Assembly (NCBI RefSeq): GCF_963921235.1
Contig: NC_086107.1
Coordinates: forward strand, 97,342,001 to 97,406,000
Source of the DNA: Mobula hypostoma
Lineage: Eukaryota
Direction: 5' to 3'
Length of the DNA stretch: 64,000 nt
The number at the start of each line of letters is the position of its first letter. Position 1 is the first letter of the stretch. Shown piece after piece: positions 39,231 to 50,597 of the stretch. The notes below the pieces were generated by a model, which saw only the letters and a list, made by a program, of their open reading frames with translations, was not told the DNA's origin and made no database searches. The position numbers and the translations under genes were made by a program.

Positions 39231-40634
39231 AGGCAGCATCTACGGAAAAGAATAAGCAGTTGGCGTTTCGGGCCAAGACGTAGAATGTTTATTCATTTCC
39301 ATAGATGCTGCCCGACCGGCTGAGTTCCTCCAGCATTTTGTGCTTGTTAGATTTCCAGCATCCGCAGAATCTCTCGTGTTTATAAATACCAAGGAACGAT
39401 TCAGTATTTGGAAATGCATTTGGAATCCACCTTCAGTCCTGGGAGTGGTTCAATATTAAAAGAAACTCCTCGGATGGCCGTTTTCACCCAGAACTCTTGT
39501 CATTATTTCCAAAGTATCTCCGGAAGAGCATCTGAGTTTACAAATGCTCCTCAGTTATAGGTTAGTGTTCCCAAAATGAGAAAAATCGGGTCATTTCCCT
39601 GTCTGCCATTTCAGAAGCCTGCTCTGCTCCACGGAGATGAAATTAATTCCATCTACCTGTCATGCGTTATGTTTGCTGAGGGATGGACCCGGCGCTTCTT
39701 GGGAAATGTAGCTGTGGTTTTGAACATGATTGTTTTGTAGAGTCTTTTTAAGTGGTATCTGTGGACTGCTCGCTCGAGTGTGCTGATTAATTGGGCTTTT
39801 ACAACTCCTGCCAGTGGTCCTGTTCCTCTCCAGTAATTTGGCTTGCGCCAGTGTAATGAGTGTTTGAAGGTTTGTTCCAATCACCGGGATGAATTATTTA
39901 TCCTGCAGGAGATTTTGGTGCACATTTAAGTGGGTTCGTTATGGCTCGATTGGGCTGCTGTCATTCGTTATAAATGATGGAGCATTTGGATGTCAAAGTG
40001 TCACCTGGTCCCCAATTTACTCAGCCAGGGAGAAGGGACAGCTTGCATTCGTGTTGCATGTTTGAGTGGGTGAGACAGTTCCGACCTGTGATGGGTTTTG
40101 AAGTGCGGCCACTGCTTGCCGTGCAGATTTTCTCGGCGTGGGGAGATAGCTGAGTAACAACAAGGCAGAGACCGGTCGACGTGTGAGCGATAAATGTGGG
40201 CCATGGCAGCAGGGGCACTCATTTCTTTCCTTTGCAATGACCCCCATCTGGGAGATTGGCAGGGCCTCATCTCCAAGCTCCAGCTGTTCACAGCTACCCC
40301 TGTCCTGCGCCAGGTCCCTCAGAATTCCGGTGTGTACCCTGATCCCCGACATCTGTAGTCCCCAGTGTCATTGCCATGATCACACCTCCAGCACTCCCAT
40401 TAGCTCTGAACACTGCAGAATAGCTTGAGGTTGAAGGGGGTGCTATATAAATGCAGCTCTGAATGCCCACTTTGAATGCAGATGCATTGATTGCATATTA
40501 CCCAGTCACTGACAACAAAACACACTTCACTCCTCTCAGTTTTTGTTTGACAAATTCTTGCTAAAAGTCTATAAATTACTAAGTTGTTGCTTCATCCTGG
40601 CACCGGTGCCTTCAATTATAAGAGAACAGGTCTA

Positions 40635-41163
40635 CATAGAGAAGTACAGCACAAGAACAGGCCATTCGGCCCACAATGTGGTGCTAAAAAGTAAATCAAA
40701 AACACCAAACACTAATCCCTCCTACCTACACCATGTCCATATCCCTCCATCTTCCTCACATCCATGTGCCTATCCAAACGTCTCTTAGAAGCCTCGAACG
40801 TATTTGCCTCTACCACTGTACCAGGCAGCGCATTCCAGGCATCCACCACTCTCTGAGTAAAACACTTACCCCTCACATCCCCCTTGAACCTACCCCCTCT
40901 CTCCTTCAATGCATGCCCTCTGGTATTAGACATTTCAACCCTGGGAAACAGATACTCTCTGTCCACTCTATCTATGCCTCTCACAATCTTATAAACCTCT
41001 ATCAGATCTCCTCTCAGCCTCTGGTGCTCCAGAGAAAACAACCCAAGTTTGTCCAGCCTCTTGTGATAGCACACGCCCTCTAAACCAGGCAGCACCCTGG
41101 CAAACCTCTTCTGCACCCTCTCCAAGGCCTCAATGTCCTTTTTATAGTGGGGTGACCAGAACA
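40635..41163 (-). mobile_element. CR1 3' fragment
   Basis: WSPHYKKDIEALERVQKRF..TRGHAL..FTQRVVDAWNALP. Same family as 63720-64000. Confidence 0.92.
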
Positions 41164-41469
41164 GTGCTGAGGTCACTCCAGCAACCCACCAGGAGCAGTT
41201 TCTGCTCCCTGGACGATGAGGTGAAGCTCTGTGGTAGCACTGGGAGAGTCCTGTGGCGTCCAGACACAGGTAAAGTTTGCGGAGATTGCAGGGCACAATG
41301 CTGTGTATGGTCTCACAAACTCTTTTATATCCATACAATTTTAAAAGAGGCCACTCAGTCCATTGACTCTCAGTGCAATCCCATTCCCCACTCATATCCC
41401 CTGTAAATGATGCTGTCCCAATTCCCATCAACCCTACCCAGATTCCATCACTCACCCACCCATAAAAGC

Positions 41470-41765
41470 CACAAAGTTATACAGCATGAACAAATGGCCC
41501 TCTGGCCAATTCTTGCCCAAGCCGACCAAGATGTATATTGCAACTCATCCCATCTCCCAGCACTTGGCCCATTCTGGTCACCTGTGTACCTGCCCACATA
41601 TGAACCGGCCTCAGCCAGTTCCTCTGGCAGGAGGTCCATACATCTACCACCGCTGTGTAAAAAAAAGTTGCCCCTTTCACCTCTAACAAAACTATGCCCT
41701 CTAGTTCCTGATTCCCCAACCCTGGAAAAAAGACTGCTCATCCTGACGATTGCCCTCCTGACCTC
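41470..41765 (-). mobile_element. Decayed CR1 3' fragment
   Basis: LFSRVGESGTRGHSFVRGERGNFF on the minus strand. Confidence 0.7.
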
Positions 41766-41769
41766 TAAG

Positions 41770-42062
41770 ATCATCCCACGACCTCCTCGTCTCATTGCTA
41801 CCATCAGGAAGGAGGTCCAGGAGCATGAAGACACACACTCAACGATTCAGGAACAGCTTCTTCCTCTTGGCCATCCAATTTCTGAATGGACATTGAACCC
41901 ATGAACACTATCTCACTACTATTTCTATTTTTGCACTCCCCATTTAATTTAACTATTTTATTTTATTTTTTTTCTCCATTACTAGGTATTGCATTGTACT
42001 GCTGCCGCAAAGACAATAAATTTCTCGACGTATGCTGGTGATATTAAACCTGATTCTGATTC
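41770..42062 (+). mobile_element. Rex1/Babar-like LINE 3' fragment
   Basis: TTGCTACCATCAGGAAGGAGG..TTCAGGAACAGCTTCTTCC, ending AAACCTGATTCTGATTC. Confidence 0.8.
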
Positions 42063-42084
42063 CTACACTCCAAGGAATAAAGGT

Positions 42085-42255
42085 CCTAGGGGTAAATAAG
42101 CAATGATAATTAACCTCCCAACCCACATGCTTTTGAGAAGTGGGATAAAACCGGAGCACCCAGGGGAAATCCACGTGGTCACAGGGGAACGTGTAGACAG
42201 CGTCAGGTCAGGTTCAAGCACAGGTTGCTAGAACTGTAAGTGACAGTAGCCCAGC
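42085..42255 (-). mobile_element. V-SINE (HE1-like) fragment
   Basis: Reverse complement of the V-domain core: CCCCTGTGACCACGTGGATTTCCCCTGGGTGCTCCGGTTT. Confidence 0.75.
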
Positions 42256-43332
42256 CCATGGGGCTGTGCTTTAGCTTGGTAAAGCTGATGAAGAGGTTTA
42301 TAATTATGCACCGATCGAGGATCAGTAACCAGAGACACAGATTACTACTGGCAGGACAGGCGTAGGTGGTGGGGGGAGATGTTGTGAGTTCTCCTGATCT
42401 GGAGCACATTGCCGGGAGGGGCCACTGGTGGAGAAGCAGCTACAATGTGTAAAAGGGGAATTGGGGTAAATGCTTGAGCAGCAAAAGGCCAGATCAGCGA
42501 CATCACCTCCAGAGCTCTTTCGAGGAGCCAGTAACAGACACGTGGGCCTGAATGTCACCTTGCTGTGCAGTATCATCCTGAGACACCCTGTGCTGCAGCG
42601 AGCAGGCTGTGACGACTCACAGTGGCCTGCTGGTCCTACGTTGGGGCAGTCAGCTGGTTAGTGGAAACCTTGGGCATTGATGGTCCCCCATACCAGACTG
42701 AGGTGGTTAGCGGCTGACAATTCTCCAGTATATGAAGGCTTCCAAGGCGTTCCTTTACCTAGAGGCCCTGCTCCCCACACTGCCTGGTTACATCCAAACA
42801 TCTGGAAAGCTCTCCAGCACACTCCTACCTACACCTGGCACCATTTTGACCAAATAATAACATTTGTACGACGTTCCCATCTGGCGGCCTGGGATGATTC
42901 CTAGACCATACCACAACATCTGGAAGTGTTTTCCATCATCATTGCAGTGCTGTGGCACCTGGCTGCTGCCTTAAGGCTCTCCCGAATGCCAGGGACCATC
43001 CCCGTGGTACCAATACACCACATGATGGTAGCAGTGAGAAGAGAGCATGACCTGAGTAGTGGGGGTCCCTGATGATGATCCTGGGAAGTGGGGGGGTCCC
43101 AGCTCCTCACAAGAGCCTCCCTCTCTCAGACATCCACCCACATTCCCACTCAACTGGCGTCACCTATCACCTGCCAGCCTGTACTACTCCTTCTCTCCAC
43201 ATACCTTATCCTAGTTTCTGTCCTCCTTCCTTTCGAGGCCCCAAGGAAGGTCGAAGCCCAAAACATTGACTGTTCATTCCCCTCCATGGATGCCGCCATT
43301 TTAGCATCTTGTCAGCATCCAATACTTTTCTT

Positions 43333-43600
43333 TCAGGTTTATTATTATTGACATACGCCATGAAATTTATTGTTTTGTGGCAGCAGCACAATGTACGACA
43401 TAAAAATTACTATACGTTACAATAGATCAGTAAATTGTGCGAAAGAGGAACAATGAGGTAGTGTTCAGAGGTGAATGGACCACACAAGAAGAGATGGTGG
43501 AGGAGAAGAAGCTGTTCTTAACACACTGTGTGGGTCTTCAGGCCCCTGTACCTCCTCCTTGATGGCAGTAAGTGTGAAGAGGGCATGACCCAAATGGTGA
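43333..43600 (-). mobile_element. Rex1/Babar-like LINE 3' fragment
   Basis: Same 3' UTR and GAAGAAGCTGTTC..TGTACCTCCTCCTTGATGG block as the other copies. Confidence 0.7.
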
Positions 43601-44149
43601 CCTGATCACTCAGGTGGCTTGTCTGAGTACCTCCACACATGCCTCATCAGGCCAATGTCTGATAATGCTCCAGCACAGCACACCGGGACATTTAACTACA
43701 TGAGGGCTGTTGTTCTGTTCTGTCTGATGCTTCAAATAGCTGTTGACAGTCAGCACAGACATGTGAGTTAGTTAGCTGTTAATTGCCTCTTGGGCAGGTG
43801 TATGGTGGGGAGGGGAGGGAAACGGTTATGTGGATGGGGGAAGTTTAAAAAAGGGTAAAATTAGTGTAAGTGTGTGCCTGATGGTTGACATGGACCTGAT
43901 GGGCTGAAGGGCCTGTTGTGCTGTTTCTCGTTAAGCCTCTACACAGCCACCCTGTTATGTACCCTCATGATCTTCCATGCTTTAATGAAGATCTCTCTGA
44001 TTCTCCAGTAGGTACAAACACTACCTGTGCAGCCCTTCCACGTGAGACAAACAGTCCAGTCAAGGTCCTTGTCTGGGAAATGTTCTCTGACCTGCTAATA
44101 TCCAGCCCCCACACAGGAGACTTACACTCAGTGACAAATAAACTCTTCT

Positions 44150-44400
44150 TGGGCTTCCAGCCAGGTACAGGTATCAACTTTAAGCGACATTTGGATGACA
44201 AACTCTGCCATCTTCATCAGGGATGATGCCTGGGCATGCCTAATCCGGTGGTATTTATACCCCTGTCATCCGTCCCTCCTGATTGGTTGGTCCTCATCCA
44301 ACCAGGTTTCCGCTGTCCCACCTTGTTTACTGCAGCAACATCAGACCGCCTTAGGTAAGTTCAACACACGTGAAGCATCTTGAAATTGAATTCCAGTTCT
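44150..44400 (-). mobile_element. Penelope-like pseudo-LTR fragment of a second family, with degenerate hammerhead at 44183-44226
   Basis: Minus strand CTGATGA-A-GATGGCAG-AGT-TTGTCATC-CAAAT-GTC (8-bp stem II; GAAA changed to CAAA), preceded by CCAATC and GTATAAATA. Confidence 0.6.
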
Positions 44401-44540
44401 TACTTCGAGCGAGAGCTTTGTCTTTGGGATGTGGGAGGAAGAGCAGATGGCAACAGGGAGAATGTGTAAACTCCAGACAGAGAGCGCACAAGCTTAGGAT
44501 TGAATCTGGTTTTCAGGGGCTGTGAGGCAGCAAAGTTAGA

Positions 44541-45795
44541 AGTAAATTTATTAGTAAAGTACATATATGTCACCATATACAACCCTGAGATTCATTTAAT
44601 TGTGGGCATACTTAATAAATGCATTGAATAATAACCATAACAGAAACAATGAAAGACCGCACCAGTTTGGGCATTCAACCAGTGTGCAAAAGACAACAAA
44701 CTGTAAACACAAAAAGAAAGAAATAATAATAATAATCATAAATAAATAAGCAACAGATATCGAGAATCTGAGACAAAGACTCCTTGAAACTGAGTCCATA
44801 AGTTGTGGGAAAATTTCAATGATGGGACAAGTGAAGTTATAGATTATAGATTTTTTTTATAGATTATGAGGACACACAGTCCTCTTTTATTGTCATTTAG
44901 TAATGCATGCATTAAGAAATGATACAATGTTCCTCCAGAATGATATCACAGAAACACAAGACAAACCAAGACTATAAAAAAACTGACAAAAACCACATAA
45001 CTATAACATATAGTTACAACAGTGCAAAGCAATACCGTAATTTGATAAAAACAGACCATGGGCACATTAAAAAAAATGTCTCAAAGTCTCTCGAAAATCC
45101 CATCATCTCACGCAGACGGTAGAAGGAAGAGAAACTCTCCCTGCCATGAGCTTCCAGCGCCGCAAACTTGCCGATGCAGCATCCTGGAGGCACCTGACCA
45201 CAGCCGACTCTTGAATCCGTCCGAAAACTTCGAGCCTCCGACCAGCCGTCCGACACCGAGCACCATCTCTGCCGAGTGCTTCGACCCCAGCCCCGGCAAC
45301 AGGCAATAGGCAAAGCCGAGGATTTGAGGCCTTCCCCTCCGGAGATTCTCGATCGCACAGTGGCAGCAGCAGCGAAGCAGGCATTTCAGAAGTTTCTCCA
45401 GATGTTCCTCCATGCTTCTCACATCTGTCTCCATCAAATCAGGATTGTGCACGGCCCCTACTTAACAAATACGATATCATTTCGGAGTGGCCGCATGCGC
45501 TGCGTCGCGCCGCCATCTTCTCCTCCCCTCCCTTATTCCCCTTGGTTCAAGAACCTGATGGTTGAGGGGTAATAACTGTTCCTGAACCTGGTGCTGTGAG
45601 TCCTGAGGCTCCTGTATCTTCGTCCTGATGGCAGCAATGAGAAGAGAGCGTGTCCTGGGTGGTGGAGATCCCTGATAATAGATGCTGTTTTCCTGCGACA
45701 GTGTTTCGTGTAGATATACTCAATGGTGGGAGAGCTTTACCTGTGATGGACTGGGCCATATCTACTACTTTTTGTAGGATTTTCTGTTCACAGGC
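44541..45795 (-). mobile_element. Rex1/Babar-like LINE 3' fragment split by a nested insertion
   Basis: 3' UTR at 44541-44840 continues at 45533 into decayed coding sequence (AQSITGKALP..). Confidence 0.78.
44841..45532 (-). mobile_element. Young CpG-rich non-autonomous retroelement, about 690 bp
   Basis: Minus-strand 5' end GGAGGAGAAGATGGCGGCGCG, AATAAA and (ATAATCT)-type tail. TTAT on both sides, and the host sequence rejoins across it. Confidence 0.7.
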
Positions 45796-46189
45796 ATTGG
45801 CTTTACCAGCTTTGCCATATTGCTGTCCAAGTAGACAGTATGCATCTTTGTGTTGAAAATTAGAGTGGGGTCACTGTTTAAAAGAAAAAAACATGGTCCA
45901 GTTCCAAGAACTGCTCTTGGGGAATCTTTGCAACACCCTTTGTCAAAGAACAGCATGATCACAAGGTTTGAATATTTCCAAGGCAGAGGTATCCACAGCT
46001 GGCCCATCCATGGGGGGTGCTGCTGGTGAGGGCCATTTCACTGGTTTTAAGTGTCTGACACTAAAATACCATTGAAATTGATTAAAATAATTCAAAATCA
46101 TTAAAATTGGAAGTATCCACAAGGCTTCATAAACATTAATTGGGTGTTATGTGGTGTGAGCAACTCTCCCTCGTGAGCAACCCATGAAG

Positions 46190-46600
46190 ATCAAGAGGTG
46201 CTCCAATTCAACGGGGCATCAGTGAAAGTCATGGCACAAGCAAACACACAGCATTCAAGAGAATTCCTGAAAGAGTGGTTTTCCACAAGCAATTCTATAA
46301 ACAAACGTGTAGACCCCAATCTAATTTATGAGCCCTACGTGGGCAAAACTCCAGACCACAACACACAAAGTTCACCACACAGCCAATCAATGATGAAATT
46401 TCCTCCCCACATCACAACTGAGCTTTTGAAATGACGTCCAATCAGCTGATTGAAAAGTATATAAAGGCCAAACATTCGAAGGGCATACCACAATTGACAG
46501 CGCATGGATGATACCCCCTCGCTAGGTGATGAAATGTTTGCAAGTAAATTTCCAGCTCAGTCCAACCATTGACCACCAGAGCTAGGCACCTCCCGAATTA
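46190..46600 (+). mobile_element. Penelope-like element 3' fragment: GIY-YIG endonuclease C-terminus + pseudo-LTR
   Basis: Peptide FNGASVKVMAQANTQHSREFLKEWFSTSNSINKRVDPNLIYEP resembles the REFLE(A)W..SIN tail of PLE endonucleases. Followed by CCAAT, GTATATAAAG and a decayed hammerhead (GATGA..GAAATGTT, about 46503-46540). Confidence 0.72.
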
Positions 46601-47049
46601 TTTCTAACATTTAAACTCATAAAAGTTAAAAAGGATAAATTTTATAACTCATTAAATTGCTGTTAATTAATTGAGAACAGAAACAGTGAAATAAAAAATA
46701 CTGAACAAAAAAAAACCTAGCCAGCTTACCATTTCATCGAAGGATGATAACTGTTCTCATGAATGGGCCGGTGCTGCTGAGGGGCCAGGTATGAAGTGCA
46801 TTCTGCCCCTTCACTCAGCCATGAGTAAAATGTCCCCGGACTCTAAAGTAAGCAAGAGGTCAGGTGGGTTGATATCCAGACTCCAGGCATTCCATAGATC
46901 CACAATCATGGCTTTTGTATGGAATTACCATGTAACTGTTGGTGCAATCCAATTTAAATTGAAATGCAAGTGCAGAAAATCACAGACCAGAAAGCAGGTT
47001 TAAAGGTTAATTTAGAACTGGGCATAGATTTAGCTAAAAGAAATGCTTG

Positions 47050-48075
47050 CAATAAGATGGGGGAGAATTTTTAAGAATTTTTTCCAAGAACTGCCCTGCC
47101 ACTGATGTTAGATTATAAATTTCCCTGCTGCTTTTCTTGAAAAGTGGGATCACACTCGCCATCTTCCTGTCATCTGTTGCCACAAAAGTCCAGCAAAGAT
47201 TTCGAAGTCTCAGCCAGAGCCCTAGCAATCTCTTCCCTAGCCTCCAACTGCAGCCTGAGATAAATCTCATTTGATCTTCAGGTTTATCCACCTTTAGGTC
47301 TACTAAGGCATCAAGTACCTCTTCTTTATTTTTAGGGACATGCTCTAAAATATGCCTCACCCTTTGATGTGTTGTCAATTTCTAAGTCCATTTTCTTTGT
47401 GAATACCAAGGAAAGGAAAAAGCATCATCCATTTCCAGGAAGAAACTGCTTTTGGGGAGTCGTTTGCACCTCACTTACACCTCTGATCCACACACAAATT
47501 GCCCCTGTTGTCCTCTTTCCCTGGATACGTTTTTACCCTTAACAGACCAGTACAATGCCTTCATATTTACCTTCATCTGCCAGTGACATTTTGTGACCCA
47601 TCGCTATCACCCTATATATTTTGTACTCTTAACAGGCCTCATTGTCATTAGTTCCCTATACTTGTCGAGTGCTTTCTTTTTTTCTCTTTATCCATCCCTC
47701 GACATCTAGGGTTCCCTGTATTTGCTGCCCTGACATTTACCCTTACAGGAACATTATGGCCCTGAACTCCAGCTACTTACCGTTTGAACGGTTCCCATTT
47801 TACACACGTACCTGCAGGTACACTCTCCCAGTCTACCTTTGCCAAGTGCTATCAGAGCTGCCCACAGTGTAAGACCATTATTCCTGGTTGATCCCCATCT
47901 CCTTCCATAGCTACTTTGAAATATATGAAGGGCTAGCGACTACCTCCAGAATGGTCCCTCCTGCCACTCCTCTACACTGACTGGTTACATTTCCCAAGAT
48001 CCAGTAAGGCTCCTCTCTCACTGGTCTGTCTACTGTGTCAAAAATCTCTCCTGGACACATAACAAAAATTCCTTT
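47050..48075 (-). mobile_element. Old decayed CR1 ORF2 fragment
   Basis: EEVLDALVDLKVDK..ASVIPLFKK..LTSVAGQFLEKILK remnants. Confidence 0.7.
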
Positions 48076-48584
48076 GCCATCTTTAATCCTCTCTTCTGTA
48101 ACCTTGCTTCACTTACCAAATCTACTCTGAAACCCAAACTCCCTCCTTGCTTTGTTTTGATATTAGTTTGCGTTTGTTAATGCTCCTGTGAGGTGGTTTG
48201 GGGTGCTTCATTCCCCTAAAGACGCTATTAAGATGTGTGATAAATTTGTAGATTCTCTCAAGGTATGCTGCATCTGGAGGTGAGGATATTTTAAGTATAA
48301 ACACGGGATGCTGGAAAAAGCTGTGCGGAGGCTGTAATGGCAAAGTAAAAACTTTATTAGAGGACAGCGTTTCAGCATGACTTTCGAGTTCTTTTCTCCA
48401 CAGGTGCTGACTATCTTGCCGAGTACTTTGCAGCCTCTCCAGTTTTTATTTCAGATGCCTGGGATCTGCAGGACTCTTCCCATCAGCGCAGTGGGTGAAC
48501 CAGTGAGGTTCGGAATGCCCTGGCTGGAAGAGTTCAGTCATCAACCGCTTGAGTCCAGTGCTGGTGGCTGCCCTGGCCCTCTGG

Positions 48585-48810
48585 CCATGAATCTTCGCAA
48601 TTCTCTACCCCACGGAGCTGTTGAAGGCAACTGATCAGATATGTCTATGGCTGTGATAAATGGTAATCAGTGATCGTGGAGGCAAAGGTAAGATCTGCCA
48701 TGATCTTATTGAATCAGGGAGCAAGCACAAAGGAGCCATACTCCTGTTCCTGGTTTGTGTGAGCTATTTTCTTATGTGGAGAAGCTGAGCTTCTTCCCTT
48801 TAGAGCGGAG
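48585..48810 (+). repeat. Left arm of an inverted duplication (partner 49472-49713)
   Basis: For example GAATCAGGGAGCAAGCACAAAGGAGCCATACTCCTGTTCCTGGTTT matches the partner exactly in reverse complement. Confidence 0.93.
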
Positions 48811-49471
48811 CTGTTTAATGGGAGATTTGCAGGATATGATGAAAGCCCCTGTGGAGTGGAGGGAGGGGAAACAGTAAACAAGGGGTCATCCCATTGAGGG
48901 AAGGATTATACAAATGCCAGACACTTGGGAAGTGCAGCCACAACTGGGTTGTTTCCAGTTTATTGGGAGTAAGCTCTCAATAAATAGCAATCAGATAATT
49001 GATCAGTTAATCTAGTCTAAATGAAGATGGGATAAGGGATAAATATTCACTCCGAGCCCTGAGATACTTGGAAAACATTCCCCTGGGTGGGAGAACATGT
49101 AGTTTGTTATTATGTGGAATGACAGATACAAACTGTACAGCAATACAACCATTCTGCCCATTGTGACTATGCCAGCCCTTTGGAAAAGCCACTCCACTCC
49201 ACGGTCCCCATGCCCCTTTTGAGGGTGAGGTAGATTTTTGGATGACAAGGAAGATCAAAGATTGTAGAGACTGGGCAGGGAAGTGGATCTGAGATCAGGA
49301 TTGGATCAGGCACGTGTTTAGTGAATGACAGATGTCACTTTGGAGTCCATTTCCATTACTCTTCCAGGCCAGGCATCCCACTTCCCAACGACTCACTCTG
49401 CAGAACAGCGTCCCATTCGAGCCACACCTGGGACTTTTGCCAGTCACCTTAAACCTGAGATTGCTGACCAT

Positions 49472-49713
49472 CTCTGCTCTGAAGGGAAGAAACTCAGCTT
49501 CTCCACGTAAGAAAACAGCCCATAAAAACCAGGAACAGGAGTATGGCTCCTTTGTGCTTGCTCCCTGATTCAATCAGATCATGGCAGATCCTACTTTTGC
49601 CTCAGACCTGACTGATGTCCACGATCACTGATTACCATTTATCACAGCCACAGACACATCTGATCATTTGCCTTCAACAGTTCCATGGGGTAGAGAATTG
49701 CAATGATTCATGG
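49472..49713 (-). repeat. Right arm of the inverted duplication; part of a longer decayed CR1 3' fragment extending to about 50330
   Basis: Reverse-complement match to 48585-48810 with one indel of about 15 bp. Confidence 0.93.
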
Positions 49714-49832
49714 TGTTCCGAAAGAAGAAATTCCTTCTTCTCTGTGTCTTCACCTTTGGACTGTGACCCAGTTTCCATGCTCCCCTTCCTTATCTTTTTA
49801 AAATGTTCCCTATCAAGCTCCCTCTGAATTGG

Positions 49833-50020
49833 GAACAATAAACAATCTGCTGGAGGAACTTAACAGGTCAAGTAGCATCTGTGGCGGAGAGAGAGAGAAA
49901 TTGTTGATGTTTCAGGTTGAGATCCTGCATCAGGACAACTCAGTTCTCCCCCCACAGATGCTTTTTGACTCATAGTGTTCCTCTAGCAGTTTGTCCATTG
50001 CTCCAGATCCCAGCATCTTG
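49833..50020. mobile_element. Palindromic Penelope-derived repeat
   Basis: Inverted arms TGCTGGAGGAAC / GTTCCTCTAGCA; minus-strand CTGATGC..GAAACATC hammerhead remnant. Confidence 0.65.
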
Positions 50021-50515
50021 TATTTCCCTCAGAGTCTTAAATACATCAGTGAGATCTCCTCTTATCCTTCTGAAATCCTGAGAGCATGGAGTCTTTTCAT
50101 TATCTGTTAAAAATAAGCCCCTCTCCCAGGAAGCAATCTACTGACCTTCCCTCTTTAAATACAAGAACAAAACAACACACAAATCCTGTATAAATTGAGT
50201 AGGAATCTCTGCCACTGACACTCCACCCCATTGCAATGAAGACCAACGTCCTATTTAACTTCATAACAGTTCATTCTTCCTGCGAACTCATTTTCTAATT
50301 CAGTGAACATTAGGATGTCATGGAGTGTCAACATATATTGACCTCACAACATTTAAATACTACTGATTTAAATAATTTTCACAATGATTCAATCAGATCA
50401 CAGTCCATCTTCGACCTCACTTTCCTGCTCTCTCCCGAGGCTCTTTCACTCCCTTGTCTAATAGCGTTTTCAATGATTTCACTTCCACAGCTCAAAGATT
50501 CATAGTCCTCTAAAG

Positions 50516-50597
50516 CAGGGGTTCCAAACCCTTTTTTAAAGCCATGGACCTCTACCATTAACAGAAGGGTCCACAGACCCCAGGTTGGAAACCCCTG
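50516..50597. mobile_element. 82-bp hAT (Charlie-like) MITE
   Basis: Imperfect TIRs CAGGGGTTCCAAACC / GGTTGGAAACCCCTG. The left flank CTCTAAAG resembles the Charlie target preference; the TSD is only partly conserved. Confidence 0.72.
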
